Source: Thecamonas trahens ATCC 50062
Taxonomy: Eukaryota > Protista > Apusomonadida
Direction of reading: 5' to 3'
DNA: 64,000 nt
Assembly: GCF_000142905.1 (NCBI RefSeq)
Contig: NW_013657634.1
Span: 1 to 64,000 of the forward strand
Made by a program: the position numbers and the translations under genes
The notes under the pieces: model-generated
Told to the model about the DNA's origin: nothing
The model's input: the letters and a program-made list of their open reading frames with translations, nothing else
Databases searched by the model: none
Part shown: piece after piece, positions 12,579 through 24,161 of the stretch
Layout: each line of letters starts with the position of its first letter
Numbering within the stretch: position 1 is the stretch's first letter

Positions 12579-12699
12579 CACATGCGGCAGCCACTACTGG
12601 CACTGCCCACAACCGACTGCGACGGCCACCATGTCCAAGTCATGGCCACCCCTCTCGCCACCACCACACACAGCCACCACCTGACTCTCCCCCAACACC

Positions 12700-13335
12700 A
12701 TGCGGCGTGCAGCTGCTCCGTCGTCTGCTTCGGTCACCATCCGGGCATACAACCCTGAGACCGATGCCCTGGCTATCCACGCGCTCCTCACCGACGCCTT
12801 CGACACACCCGCCGAGGCCGACCTTATGGCGGCCGTCCTTGCCGATGCCGTCAGCGACGACGATGACAACAACGATCAGCGCACCGGGACCAACTACAGC
12901 CTGCAGTGCTACGCCGCGGTGGCAACAAGTGCGACTGACACTGTCATCGGAACCGTCCTCTTTTCGCCGGTCACCATCACTGCCGCAGATGGCTCTGTTG
13001 TCGCCGTCGCATGGGGCCTCGGCCCGATCGCCGTGGCAGAGTCGGCCCGCGGATGTGGGGTGGGCCAGCGACTGGCGTTCGCGTGGAAAGATGCTCCAGA
13101 CGCAGCGGGCGTGCCGGCCATCGTCGTCCTCGGCGCCAGAGCGTACTACCACGACAAGCTCGGCTACGACACCGCTCCAGACTGGGGCCTCCGCTTCTCT
13201 TCGGTAGAGCTCGACGAGCACTTTTTCATTCTCCCTCTTGATGCCGATGCCCTCGCCGCCGCCGGTCTGGTCCGAGGTGCATCGCCGGCAGGCTCCTTTG
13301 CCGCCTCGTACCACCCAGCCTTTGACGCCGTCTGA
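12700..13335 (+). CDS. GNAT N-acetyltransferase, YhbS-like
   Basis: IRxxxPxD..AIHALLTDAF...EADL; LGPIAVAESARGCGVGQRL (acetyl-CoA motif A); VVLG..YY..LGY; C-terminal YHPAF. Confidence 0.82.
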   Translation: MRRAAAPSSASVTIRAYNPETDALAIHALLTDAFDTPAEADLMAAVLADAVSDDDDNNDQRTGTNYSLQCYAAVATSATDTVIGTVLFSPVTITAADGSVVAVAWGLGPIAVAESARGCGVGQRLAFAWKDAPDAAGVPAIVVLGARAYYHDKLGYDTAPDWGLRFSSVELDEHFFILPLDADALAAAGLVRGASPAGSFAASYHPAFDAV

Positions 13336-13406
13336 TCCATCAATCACTGCTTGCTTTGGTAGGGGGGGGGGGGAGGGGGGGGGGGGTGGCACATGCCTCC
13401 CGTGCG

Positions 13407-14762
13407 TCACGAGAGAAAGACAACCTCGGTCGAGGCTGCAAAAGTCGGCGAGTGCAGCGGCGATCGTACGCGGGTAGCGACTGCCAGCGAGACGTTGATG
13501 TTGAACGGGAGCGACGTCCGCCCGTCGGCAAGGAGCACGTCCACAACATCCTGGTGTCCGTTATCAATGGCCCAGAGCATGGCGCTTGATCCGTCCGAGC
13601 TCGGATCGACCCGCGGATCGGCGAGCAGCTCTTTGAGCGTCTCGATCCGCCCGTTCTCGGCCGCCAGCCGAATGGCAAAGTTGTCGTCTGCCGCAGGATT
13701 GACTGCAGCATGGCTCAGCAGCAGCGCCACAACATCGGTGTGCCCGTTCGCCGCCGCCCATTTGATCGCGTAGTTGTCGACTGTGCTCGGATCAACTCGC
13801 GGGTCTGCCAGCAGTGTCTTGACCACCCGCGTGTGCCCGTGTGCCGCTGCCAGCCGCAGCGCTGCGTTGTTGCGTCCGGTCGGATCCGCCCCGGCCGCAA
13901 GCAAGACCTCGAGCGTGCTAACGTGACCGCACTCGGCCGCCACTCGCGCCGGAAAGTCGCCACCGACATGCACATCCACCCGACCGTCCGCCACAAGCAC
14001 CGCTACAACCTCGGTGTGCCCGCTCTCCGCCGCCATCTGAAGCGCATAGTTGCCGTCCGCCGCAGGATCGACGCCGCGCTCTCCGAGCAGATGCCGCACC
14101 GCGTCTGCGTTGCCCACCCGCGCCGCGTGCCGTACCGCATAGTTCAGCCGCGCCGCCGCATCCACCCGCCCGTCCGCCACAAGCACCGCCACGATCACGC
14201 CGGCGTGACGCGGCGCCGTCGCCGCAGACATCAGAGCCGCGTTGTCGCATGCTGCCGGATCCACCACATCGTGCTCAAGCAGCTCCTCCACTGCAGCCAC
14301 GTTGCCCGCCGCACACGCCAGTGTCAGCGGCAGCCGATCGCCGGCGCTTGACCGATGCGGATGGTGGCTCGGATGGACCACACCGGGCACCGCGAGCACC
14401 CCGCGCATCAGCCGCAACCATGCCGGAAACCCGCCATCGCCGCTCTCCAACTCGGCTTGCACCACGTCCACAAGCGCCGCCACCGCATCAACCAGCCGCG
14501 GAATCCGCCCCAGCGCCAGCCGCGCCGCCCGCCACTCGCTGTGCTGTAGGCACCAACCGGCGCCGAACCGCGCTTTGGCGCAGTCGACCGAATATTCGGC
14601 GCCGAGCAAAGCGTCCCGCACGTACCGACAGCTACGCGCCAGCGCCACAATGTCCCTCGGCGCAAGGATCTGGCTGCCAAAGGCAATGGCATGAAGGAGC
14701 TCAGGCGCAAGTTCGCCGAGCCCTACCGCTGCTGCATCCTCCCCGCTAGCCCCGCTCGACAT
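13407..14762 (-). CDS. F-box-like N-terminus + ankyrin repeat protein (paralog of 8105..9637)
   Basis: Likely ATG at 14762 (MSSGASG); LAPELLHAIAF..LAPRDIVALARSCR; about 8 ankyrin repeats such as DPSTVDNYAIKWAAANGHTDVVALLL. Confidence 0.87.
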   Translation of the reverse strand: MSSGASGEDAAAVGLGELAPELLHAIAFGSQILAPRDIVALARSCRYVRDALLGAEYSVDCAKARFGAGWCLQHSEWRAARLALGRIPRLVDAVAALVDVVQAELESGDGGFPAWLRLMRGVLAVPGVVHPSHHPHRSSAGDRLPLTLACAAGNVAAVEELLEHDVVDPAACDNAALMSAATAPRHAGVIVAVLVADGRVDAAARLNYAVRHAARVGNADAVRHLLGERGVDPAADGNYALQMAAESGHTEVVAVLVADGRVDVHVGGDFPARVAAECGHVSTLEVLLAAGADPTGRNNAALRLAAAHGHTRVVKTLLADPRVDPSTVDNYAIKWAAANGHTDVVALLLSHAAVNPAADDNFAIRLAAENGRIETLKELLADPRVDPSSDGSSAMLWAIDNGHQDVVDVLLADGRTSLPFNINVSLAVATRVRSPLHSPTFAASTEVVFLS

Positions 14763-15161
14763 CGCACCGCCGCCGTGGCTTTCAGGAACAATCCGCTGCT
14801 CCAAAGCAGCGAACAATTTTGTGCGACAAGTGCGTGGAGACGCGCAACCTTGCCGCACCTTATTCACCGCACCCCACACAGCCCGACTTGGCCGATGCGC
14901 GCCCAAAGACCGGCCCGTACTCATCCATCGGCCCGCACCTATCCAAACGCTCCTACCCCCCCCCTCTACCCGGAGAAATCGTTCCATCGTCGCCCCTCCT
15001 TCCTGCACCTGCCCCACCTGCCCACCTTCTCGGCATTGACCAATTTCGCTCACGGAACATCGTGTCTGTCCCCCCCTCTCGCCGCACACGCCACTGCAAG
15101 CCGCCAACAAAATTGCTCACTTCAATCGCAGTGAAACAGCCCACGGTTAGCGTCTGTCGCA

Positions 15162-18100
15162 TTACAGCTCCTTCTCCACAATCGCACCCGCCGGCATCGC
15201 AAACGAGTCCGACGAGCTCGACGACGACGAGTCGTCCTCCGAGTTGAGGTGCGCTGTCCGCTGCACGGTTGCCTGCTTCTCATCGCCAGCGAGATCCGCA
15301 CGCCCGTAGAACATCGCGAGCATTCGCGCCATCTGCTCCCGCATCACTCGCGTCGGCTCGTCGTCGCACAGCTCTGCGTCCGTCAGCCGCGCCACAACCT
15401 TTGGCAGCATGGTCCTAATGTGCTCGTACAGCGTGCAGATCGCCGCGTCGCGATAGCTTTCCGGAACCTCCGAGAACGTCACCGCCACGCCCTCCACGCG
15501 CTCCGGCACCGTCGAGAGCTTGTCGAACAGCTCCGCCATCACGCGTTCGTTCGACACGATAAAGTCGTTGAACTGAAGCATTTTCTTCTCCTTGTTGCCA
15601 AACTCCTTCTTGTTCGACAGGTTCTGCAGCACCTTGCCGATCAGCACAAGCAGCTTCCGCTCCGTAGGCGTCGGCAGCTCCTTCACCAGCCCGTACGACT
15701 CGGGCGCCGTGATGCACGGCACCATGAAACGGAGGAAGAAGAACCCGCCAACCGCAATCGCGTTCTGCTGCTGCGTGTGCTCCTCAAGCAGCCGCCGCGC
15801 AGCCTGCGACGTCGGGTCCAGCGCTCCCTGCAGGTTGTCGCACGCGTCCACCATCTGGTCGAGCTTGTCCGTCAGCTCCAGGATTGCGTCGTTGAACATG
15901 TCGAGCCCCTCCCGCATCGGGTTGATCGCCACTCCGATCGACGCCAGATCGGACGTCAGCAGCGGCTCCAGGTTCTCGATCTCGTGGAAGACCTCGGACC
16001 CGTTGACGTACGCAGACTTGGTCTCCTTCAGATTGCCGTGCAGGTTCTCCGCCACAATCGCCGCGAGGTTCTCCGTCGACATTTGTTGTACCGCTCAGAC
16101 ATGCACGCCTGCACATGAGCAAACAGCTCGCGGAACGCCACAGGCAGGTACCGCTCATACAACACAATATGTGTTGAACATCCGCTGGCACTTTTTAAGC
16201 AGCCCAAACTTGTTCGTCTCGTCCTGCGCCTCGCCCTTGGCCTTCTTCTGCTCCTCGAGCTCCAGATCGTGGATGATCTTGTTCAGCGGCCGCCCAATCG
16301 TCGCGTGCACGTAGTCCAGGCCCTGCATCTTCGAGTACGTCTTGAACATCTTGGTCGCAAACGAGTTGGTCCGGAACATCGTCGCCTGCGACTGCGCTCC
16401 AAACACCTCCCGCGTGATAAAGTCCTTTTGCAGGTCCACAGACAGCTTGTGCGCCTCGGTGAGAATGAGCACAGCCTTGGCCACCTTGTCCGCCTCCGTC
16501 GCCTGCGTCACGTCCACCACGGCGTGAAGCACCTCGTAGCCCGGCAGCAGCAGCATCTCCAGCAGCGGGCCCGACTTGGCGACGATCGCGTCAAAGTCGA
16601 GCGGCTTCTTCGATCCAAACGAGCCAAACACCACAGAATGCCGCAGATCGTCCGTCAGCTCCGGCGGCCCGTACAGCTCCTCCTCGCGTTTCCGCTTGTG
16701 CACAAGGATCCCGAGGAGCACAATCAGTAGGCAGCAAACAGCTCCCGCAACCGCAATGCCGACAATCGAGCTCGTGCCCAGCGGTGGCTCCGGCGGCTTG
16801 GGCACCGCCGCAGGCTGCTCAAACACAAAGAACAGCGTCGTCTCGTCAAACCGGCCCCACGGCGCCACCACCGTAAACTGCGCGCCACCGGCACCGCGCT
16901 GCGGCGTCGAACACTGCAGCTCGCTCTCGGACACATACACCGTCTCGTTGACCGGCACTCCGTCAAACGCACACAGCAGCCGCGAGTAGTTGGTGAACAG
17001 CACGCCGGTCACCGTCACCGTCTCACCACCCGATGTAAGCCCGTTGAGCGGCGCAATCGCGTCCACAGACGGGCAGCTCTGCCCGCCAAACAGCGGCGTC
17101 TCGGACGGCGCCGTCGCGTTCGGGTTCACGCACGACGACGCAATCGTGCACTGCTGCGAGTCCACGCACCACCCGCACTCTGGCCGCGCTGCCTCCCAGC
17201 ACTCGGAGCACGTGTCCCGGAGCAGGCACGAGTAGTACTCGAACGGCACAGGTGCAAGATAGTCCTCGTCGATATACCGCAGCGTGAGCGTTCCAGTTGT
17301 CGCCACCAGCGACGTCGGCGACACGCACGTAGCTGACGATCGGTCGCTAGCCACACGTGCCGCAAGCTCCACAATGTCCTGCCCGGCACCACGGTCCCAC
17401 TGACACGTCGTGCCAGGCAGGACGGGCCGCCCGAAAACACAACCTCGGTCCCGCCCTGCATCGAGCCCGACGACGCAGACGGCGTGCCCGTCGGACACGC
17501 CCGGTTCTCGCCGCTCAGCCCGGGAATCACCGTCGTCGTGTTGGCACACGCCCCGCCGCCGATCCCCACACGCGACACACAGCTTGACTCCTCGAGGCAC
17601 CACGAGCAGATCGACGCACACGCGCCGCACGATGTCTGCGCGGCACACACAATCACCTGCACACGCGTCTCGGCAAGGCTCTGCATCACGTAGTTGTCGC
17701 CACTGTCCACAGACAGACACACCACGTACTCGCCAGCGTTAGCAAACGTCACGTTAAAATACGCGAGTCCGCCAGGCCCAGCCTCATTGTAGTCGCGCGC
17801 GTACAGCACGTTGCTCGGCACCTGGCACCCGCCCGACACGCGGTCAAACCCGATCTTGGTGTTGACCGACGCCGTCGCACCAGCGAGAACAATCTCTGTC
17901 TGCACTCCGGCCTCGAGCACCGTCACTCCCGGAACGCTACCGTCGGCGCTCAGCGACGTAATCGTTGTCGGCTGCGCAGAGAGCGCTGTCACGTTGAGCC
18001 CGCCCTGCTTGACGTAGCTCAGCCCACCATCCACAGACAAGCACAGCTCGTACGGCCCCGATGGCGAGTTGAATGACCCCAGGTTGAACGTCGTCGCCCC

Positions 18101-21100
18101 AGATCCGAGCGAGACAGCGCCGTCCACGTTCTCGGAATCGCATGCCACACCCTGCGCAACAAGTGCGAACCACGTCGTCGCAGAGATCTCCACCCCAGCG
18201 TTGAGGCTGATTGTCAGCGGCGGCGGCTTGGTCGTGCCAAACAGCTTCGGGTTCACATCGACCACATCGTTCGCAGTCACGTCCACCACACGCACAAGCG
18301 GTCCATCCTGCTGAACAAGCCCGCCACGGCTGCCGTCCCACGAGTAGCACGCCACATAGTCGCCTGCTGCAGGCATCGCGCTCGCCACGGCACTCGTTGG
18401 TCCAGTCCACGGCACGTCCACGTACGTCCCGGCCCCGGCTCCACATCCGACGTCCACAGGCACCAGCGACATCAACGACGACGACTCAAAGTACACTCCC
18501 GACAGCGCAAACGTCGGCTTCGAGCCCACGCCCACAACACGCGGGTCGACGTGATCAATCGCGTCAGTCGCACCGCGCACCACCAGCTTGCCCACGCTTG
18601 TCTGCGCCACAACCTGCGTCGCGTGCACCCCATAGCACACCGTGTAGTTGCCCGGTGTGCTGATCGTCGACGTCCACTGCGTCTCGGTCCCGCTCACAAT
18701 CGGAATCACACCCAGCTCGGGCGTGCACGACGCCGACGACGAGAAAAACACCCGCGTCGCAGCAGACGGCTTGATGTTGGAGCCGGTCATCGCAAACACC
18801 GGGTTCACGCCGACAGGTACCACAAGCGGCGACAGGCTCGTTACCGTCGTCGCCGTCGCAGCAATCGCCTGCACAGACACCCCCGTCTGCGCCAGCCACG
18901 TCGGCACGTCCGAGTCGACTCGCACGCACGCGTAGTACACGCCTGCGCTCGTGAATCCGCCGCTCCCGCCGCCAAGCACGTACTCGGTCTGCGACCCGTT
19001 GTTGATGAGCGTCACAACCTGCGGGGACGAGCAGTCGCCGGCAGTGAGCGTAAACCCGAGCTCGACGCCGCTCATCAGCACAATCGACGACGATACCGTT
19101 AGCACAAAGTCGTCCACTCCGGACGGCACCTCCGCCGGCACCAGGCCTGTCACTGTCGTGCTGCTTCCAGCTTGCACCGTGAGCGTCACCGACGACTGCT
19201 GCGTCCACTCCTCGGACGGCGCCCCACGATTGACCGTGTAGCACGTCGAGTACGCTCCCAATGCCAGCGGCGCAGACAGCGTCACCGGTCCTGTCGCCGT
19301 CATGTCCGTCACAGCCTCGCGGTCGCCCAGAATAAGGCAGCTTTTGCCTGCCGCCGCAAACGCGATTGCGCCCGTCGTCACAGGCGTAAACGTGCTAAAC
19401 GTCATCGTCAGCCCGCTCTTGTCTGCAGGGTGGTATCGCCGGTCCACCGACGTCAGCGTGTTTGTGTCAATCGTCACCACATCGATCGTTGCGCTCTGCG
19501 CCGTGTAGCTTGCCTTGCCGTCTGTTGAGTAGCACACATACAGCGGGCCCGACGCGTAGTCGCGGTCCACCGTGATAGCCACGGTTGCCCCAAGGTCGGT
19601 GCTAAGATCCACCGACGCATCCACGCTCGCGCAGCTTGCCGAGGTCGAGAGCCCCACCGACGCGCCCTTGGCGTGGTAAGCTCCGTTGCCCGTCAGCGTG
19701 ATCGTCGGCCGCGTCTTGGCACCCATCACGTTTGGCACCGGCGTCACAAACCGGTCTGCACTCGGCCCGACAACCGTAAACGTTGCCGCAGGATTCTCCA
19801 CCCACGCCGTCGTGACATCCATCTGCGTGCACACCTTGTACATGCCCGGTGTCGGATCGCCGACATACCCACGGATCGTCGTGTTGCCGTATCCAAACTC
19901 ACGCTCGCTCGCGACCGGCACCGAGCCGCACGAGTTGGCAACCGGAATGACCGCCACCTTGGTCGACGACGCCCCGATGAGGTTCGACGTCCCCGACGGC
20001 ACGAGGTCACTCGTCATGCCCGAGCCAAGGAACGCAGGCTCCAGCGACGACAGAATCAGCGTCTCCGTCGACGACACAACCGTGACCTCCGCACTGACTG
20101 CGATCTGCGCCACCCATTCGGCGAGAAGAATAGGCTTGTAGAAGCAGAACTGGTACCTGCCCTTGTCCAGCCCCGTCGGCGCCGTGAACGGTGGCGGCGA
20201 CGGCGAACCGGTGGTGTACGCCACTTCGCCAAACCGCCCCGAAACGCACGCTCCAGACTTGGCCATCGCAAGCTGTGTCGTCCCGTCACGGGCATCGGTC
20301 ACAATGTCGAACGCGAGGCCGGGCACACCAGACGCCACAATCTGCGGCGTGGCAGACTCGATCGACAGCGCTAGCGGCTCGTTCACCACAGACACTTGCG
20401 ATCGAAGCTGCCGCGTCCATGTCGCTCCGCCGTTGACTGTGAGGCAGACATCGAAAACACCAGGCTCGGCGAGCGCCTCGCTCACCAGAAGCTCCTGGTT
20501 CTTGGCCTGCACATCAACCGTCCCGATGTGGAAGCCCGTCTGCCCACAGTCCTGATTGGCGTCTGGATGCAGGAGCGCCACTTGGACCTGTGACGGCACC
20601 GACGTCTGCTGCAGCGACCCAAAGGTCATGAGCGGCTGCGTCCCGTTCAGCACCGTCGACGGTACCAGATCGGTCATCGCATTCGGCGAGTCGATCGCGT
20701 ACTGGATCGTTTGCCCCGTCGAGCCCCAACGCGTGCCCTCGGCTGTGTAGCAGACGTGGTAGTTCTTGGAGAGCTGCGCCGCCGGCTCGCCGTAGTCGAC
20801 GCTGAGCGCAAGGTCGATCGAGCCATAGGCAAGCGGCACCTCGACCTTGCGGTCCTGGCACGAGGCGTAGGGTGAGATGGCCACCTTAGCGCCCGGCAGT
20901 TCATCGTCGGCCGTGAAGCTCACCACATACGAGCTCAACGAGTTGCCGAGCACCGCTGGCGGCGAGTCCAGCGTCACAGAGATCGCACTGGGCGGCGAGA
21001 AGACCACGAACGCTGCGCCGCTAGCCTGTCCCACCCACGTCCCCGGCTTGGCCGCCGATGCAAGACAGAGGTAGTACTGACCCGCAGGCACGCCGCTGTT

Positions 21101-23723
21101 GAGCGATATCGACGCCATCCCGCGCCCGTTGACCACCACCGCGTTGGAGATGGTGGCAGTAGAAGGCGGGTTTGAGCAGTTAGCCACTGTCGAGAGCCCG
21201 ACCTGTCCAGAGAGCACGCTCGACAGGCCGTTGAGCTCAAGAAATACACCAGCATCGTCGGCGTACGCGCTTTGCGGCGAGAATGACGAGATGGTGGATG
21301 AAGTGACGTCGACCACAGTGATGACCGGGCCCGTCTGGCGCGCAAACGACACGCCGCCATCGACCGAGTAGCACACGTGATACGCGCCCGCCGCAAGTGA
21401 TGGCGCCACGAGGACAGACCCAGTCGCAGAGTACGGCACAGCCGGTGCAACATGGTTATCCACGACACATGACGGTGCTCCGCTGGCGACGAGCGCAAGA
21501 CGGGTGCCGGTGTCGGTCACCTGGGCACCGGAAAAGACAAACCGGGCCGGAGCACCGGCGGCGATAGACGACGGTGTGACCGAGGCGATAGCGTTGACAC
21601 CGCTGGGAGCAACAACCAGCTGGATGCCGGTCATCTCGACCCGCAGAGAACTGGTCGACGATCGAACGCAGAGCTTGTAGGTACCAAAGGTCGGAATAGA
21701 GACGCCGGTGTAGCGGCCGCTCTCCGAGTCGTACGCAGCCTCGTACTGCGGCGAACCGTTGAGCAGTCAGTGGAAAAGGCAAACTGCGAAGTCTGCGAGT
21801 GGATGCGGTGGCCCGGGGCGACGGCAAAGGTGGCGGTAAAGGTCACGCCGGCACCGACGGTCCTGGGCGTCATGGCGGTGATCGAGGTCGGAGTGACGAG
21901 GACGTGGGTGAGGGAGAGCATCGGCTGGTGGACCCAACTGGCGCGGCTCGATCGGGCGCAGACCTCGTAGCTTGTTGTCTTGCCGTAGATGTTGGTGGCA
22001 GCCTCGAGAGTCGGACGATCAAAGGTGGCCGATGCCGCCGCGATGGGGGCGGTGAGAACTCTCCCAGATGCAGCTTCGCAGACAGACTTGAGCTCGGCGC
22101 ATGCACGCGTACATGTAGCTATCTGCAAGTGAGTTGTGGCCGCGAAGCAAGCCGTCGTTCGACTTTCGTCCGACCGATGACGATGTCTTCTTGTGAGCTC
22201 GGCTCGTCATCCTGAAAGCTGTCAAAGAAACCACGCTGGGCGTTGGTTGTCCGCGTCACCTTGGAGATGTGCTGCGTTTCGGGCTGGAAGCCGTCCAAAT
22301 TGCCGACAAGGGCGCGCGGGTTGACCAACATGCGCATGCTGGTCCAGTACACGTCGCCTTGGGTGGGATAGCTGGTCGGATTTGGCTGGCTAAAGTACCA
22401 GGAAAAGATGGCGGCCCACTCCTCAGGTGTACCCTGATCAGCGAGGAAGCCGCCCTGCTCGGCGCAAGTGCGCGAAGCTTGCTGATGAGAGCGAGGAGTG
22501 GTCTCAACGAGCCAGGCGCACGCCTTGGTGGCCGGGTAGAACACGTTGGACACGCCGCGCAGCGCACAGTCGGCGGCAGGATCAGCGTTGACGGCACTGG
22601 AGTCGACGACCAGAAGCTCTGCGTTTGGCGCAGAGGCGTAGGGCAGGCTGGTGGTCGTGAGCGCGAGCGTGCCCTCGGCCGACGAGCCGTGGGCAACAAG
22701 CGACGGGGTGAGATCGGTAAAGGTGGTTGGGTACGGTCGGCCGAGTACAAGCTCGACCTGGACGTCGGACTGCAGCCTCCAGTTCTCACCCAGATCGTTC
22801 GAGATGCAAATACCGACCTTGTTGCCGATGAGCGACGCGGGCAGAGGGTTCTCCATCCAAAAGTACGACGAGCGCAGCGGCTGGACACCCTGCACCGCGG
22901 AACAGTCGGTGGTGGTAAACCCGATAAGTGCGGTGAACGAGGGCGTGATGATGGTCGATCGGACCAGGACTGGAACTTCGTGGTCGGCTGGGTTGGTGTA
23001 AAACGTCACTGGCGAACGAGGACTGGCCGAGATGTACTCGAGCATCTCATGGTCGGGATCAAACCGCATGCAGTACATGCGATTGTCAGAATTGGTCGGC
23101 GATGCCATGTCCCAATCATCAGACCCCCGCATCCCGGTGTACTGGACACTGGTGACGGAGCCGGGGCTTGGAGACCCGCTGTGCCAGTTCACAAACTTGT
23201 ACTGCAGACCGTCGATGCCGCGATACTGATACTGGTAGATGACCGGGTCTGGATTGGACGCCCAGTCGGCGTAAAAGTTGCGGATGAGCCCGTACGCGTA
23301 CTTTTTGTTTTTCTCCTGCCTCACGCGGATGAAGTTGTCATCAACATCATAACCCCCGTGTCCCATGAAGCTGTCGAGGACGGACGACGGCGTCCAAGGC
23401 AGAAAGAACTCGCTCCCAAGGGCGGCGCATTCGGCGTACGCGTCGCGGGCATCTGGCTTGTTGTCCTTGTCCGACTTCCATTCAAAGCCGCCCCATGTTA
23501 CGGTTCTCACGTCTGTGTCCAAGCCTAAAGTGAGTGCATTGCGTGGAGTGGAAGGGAGGGCTGCAAAGGCCGAGCGCGCGGTGTGTGCGTGAAATGGACA
23601 AAAAATGTTGCAACGCAAAACAACAGCATGTTGGTTCTCCAGCAAGCCCACGTCCTACGTACTTGCATGAGCAACACCTGCGAGCGCAAAGGCCACAAGA
23701 CAGGCTAAAAGCGCCTGTTTCAT
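15162..23723 (-). CDS. giant type-I membrane receptor (~2,800 aa): signal peptide, 2 C-type-lectin-like domains, ~16 Ig-like repeats, PSI/IPT x2, TM, cytoplasmic RasGAP; several apparent frameshifts
   Basis: Exon 1 (23723-23663) encodes MKQALLACLVAFALAGVAHA. The GTACGT..CAG intron 23513-23662 splices in frame to ORF 22119..23651. Co-oriented overlapping ORFs 21631..22128, 17126..21634, 16155..17720 and 15162..16082 continue the same domain series. TM IVGIAVAGAVCCLLIVLLGILV is followed by HKRKR. GAP motifs MFRTNSFATK, FFLRFMVPCITAP, KVLQNLSN. Confidence 0.82.
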
Positions 23724-24161
23724 GGTTCTGTGCTAAAGGCGTGTTCGCCGAGTTGGGTATCCAGAGCTGTGGTCGTGAGTGTGTGCGGGGCGCGGCCGCG
23801 GCGGTCAACAACTTGCGGCAGAGAAAGATCATGGTCGCGGAGGTAGCAGCGCAGTCAGTAGAGTGCCACTGACCCCCCCCCACCCCCACCACCACCACCA
23901 CCGCCACCACCAACCTACGTGTAATCGTCCAATGCTCTTTGTGCAACTGGGGCCTGCTGGCCTGCTGGCTTAACACTTCTGGCTTGCCGGCTCATGGCTT
24001 CTTGTCGTGTGGCCAGCCGGGGCACACCAGCAAAAGGGGCAAACCACGACCTTTCCGGGAACGGCAGTCGGCGCGAGGGAGAGGGAGGCAGGGCAGCCAC
24101 CCGAGCCACAGCCCCCGCACTTGCGACACCCACAGCCACCTGACCGGACAAGGACTCGAAC

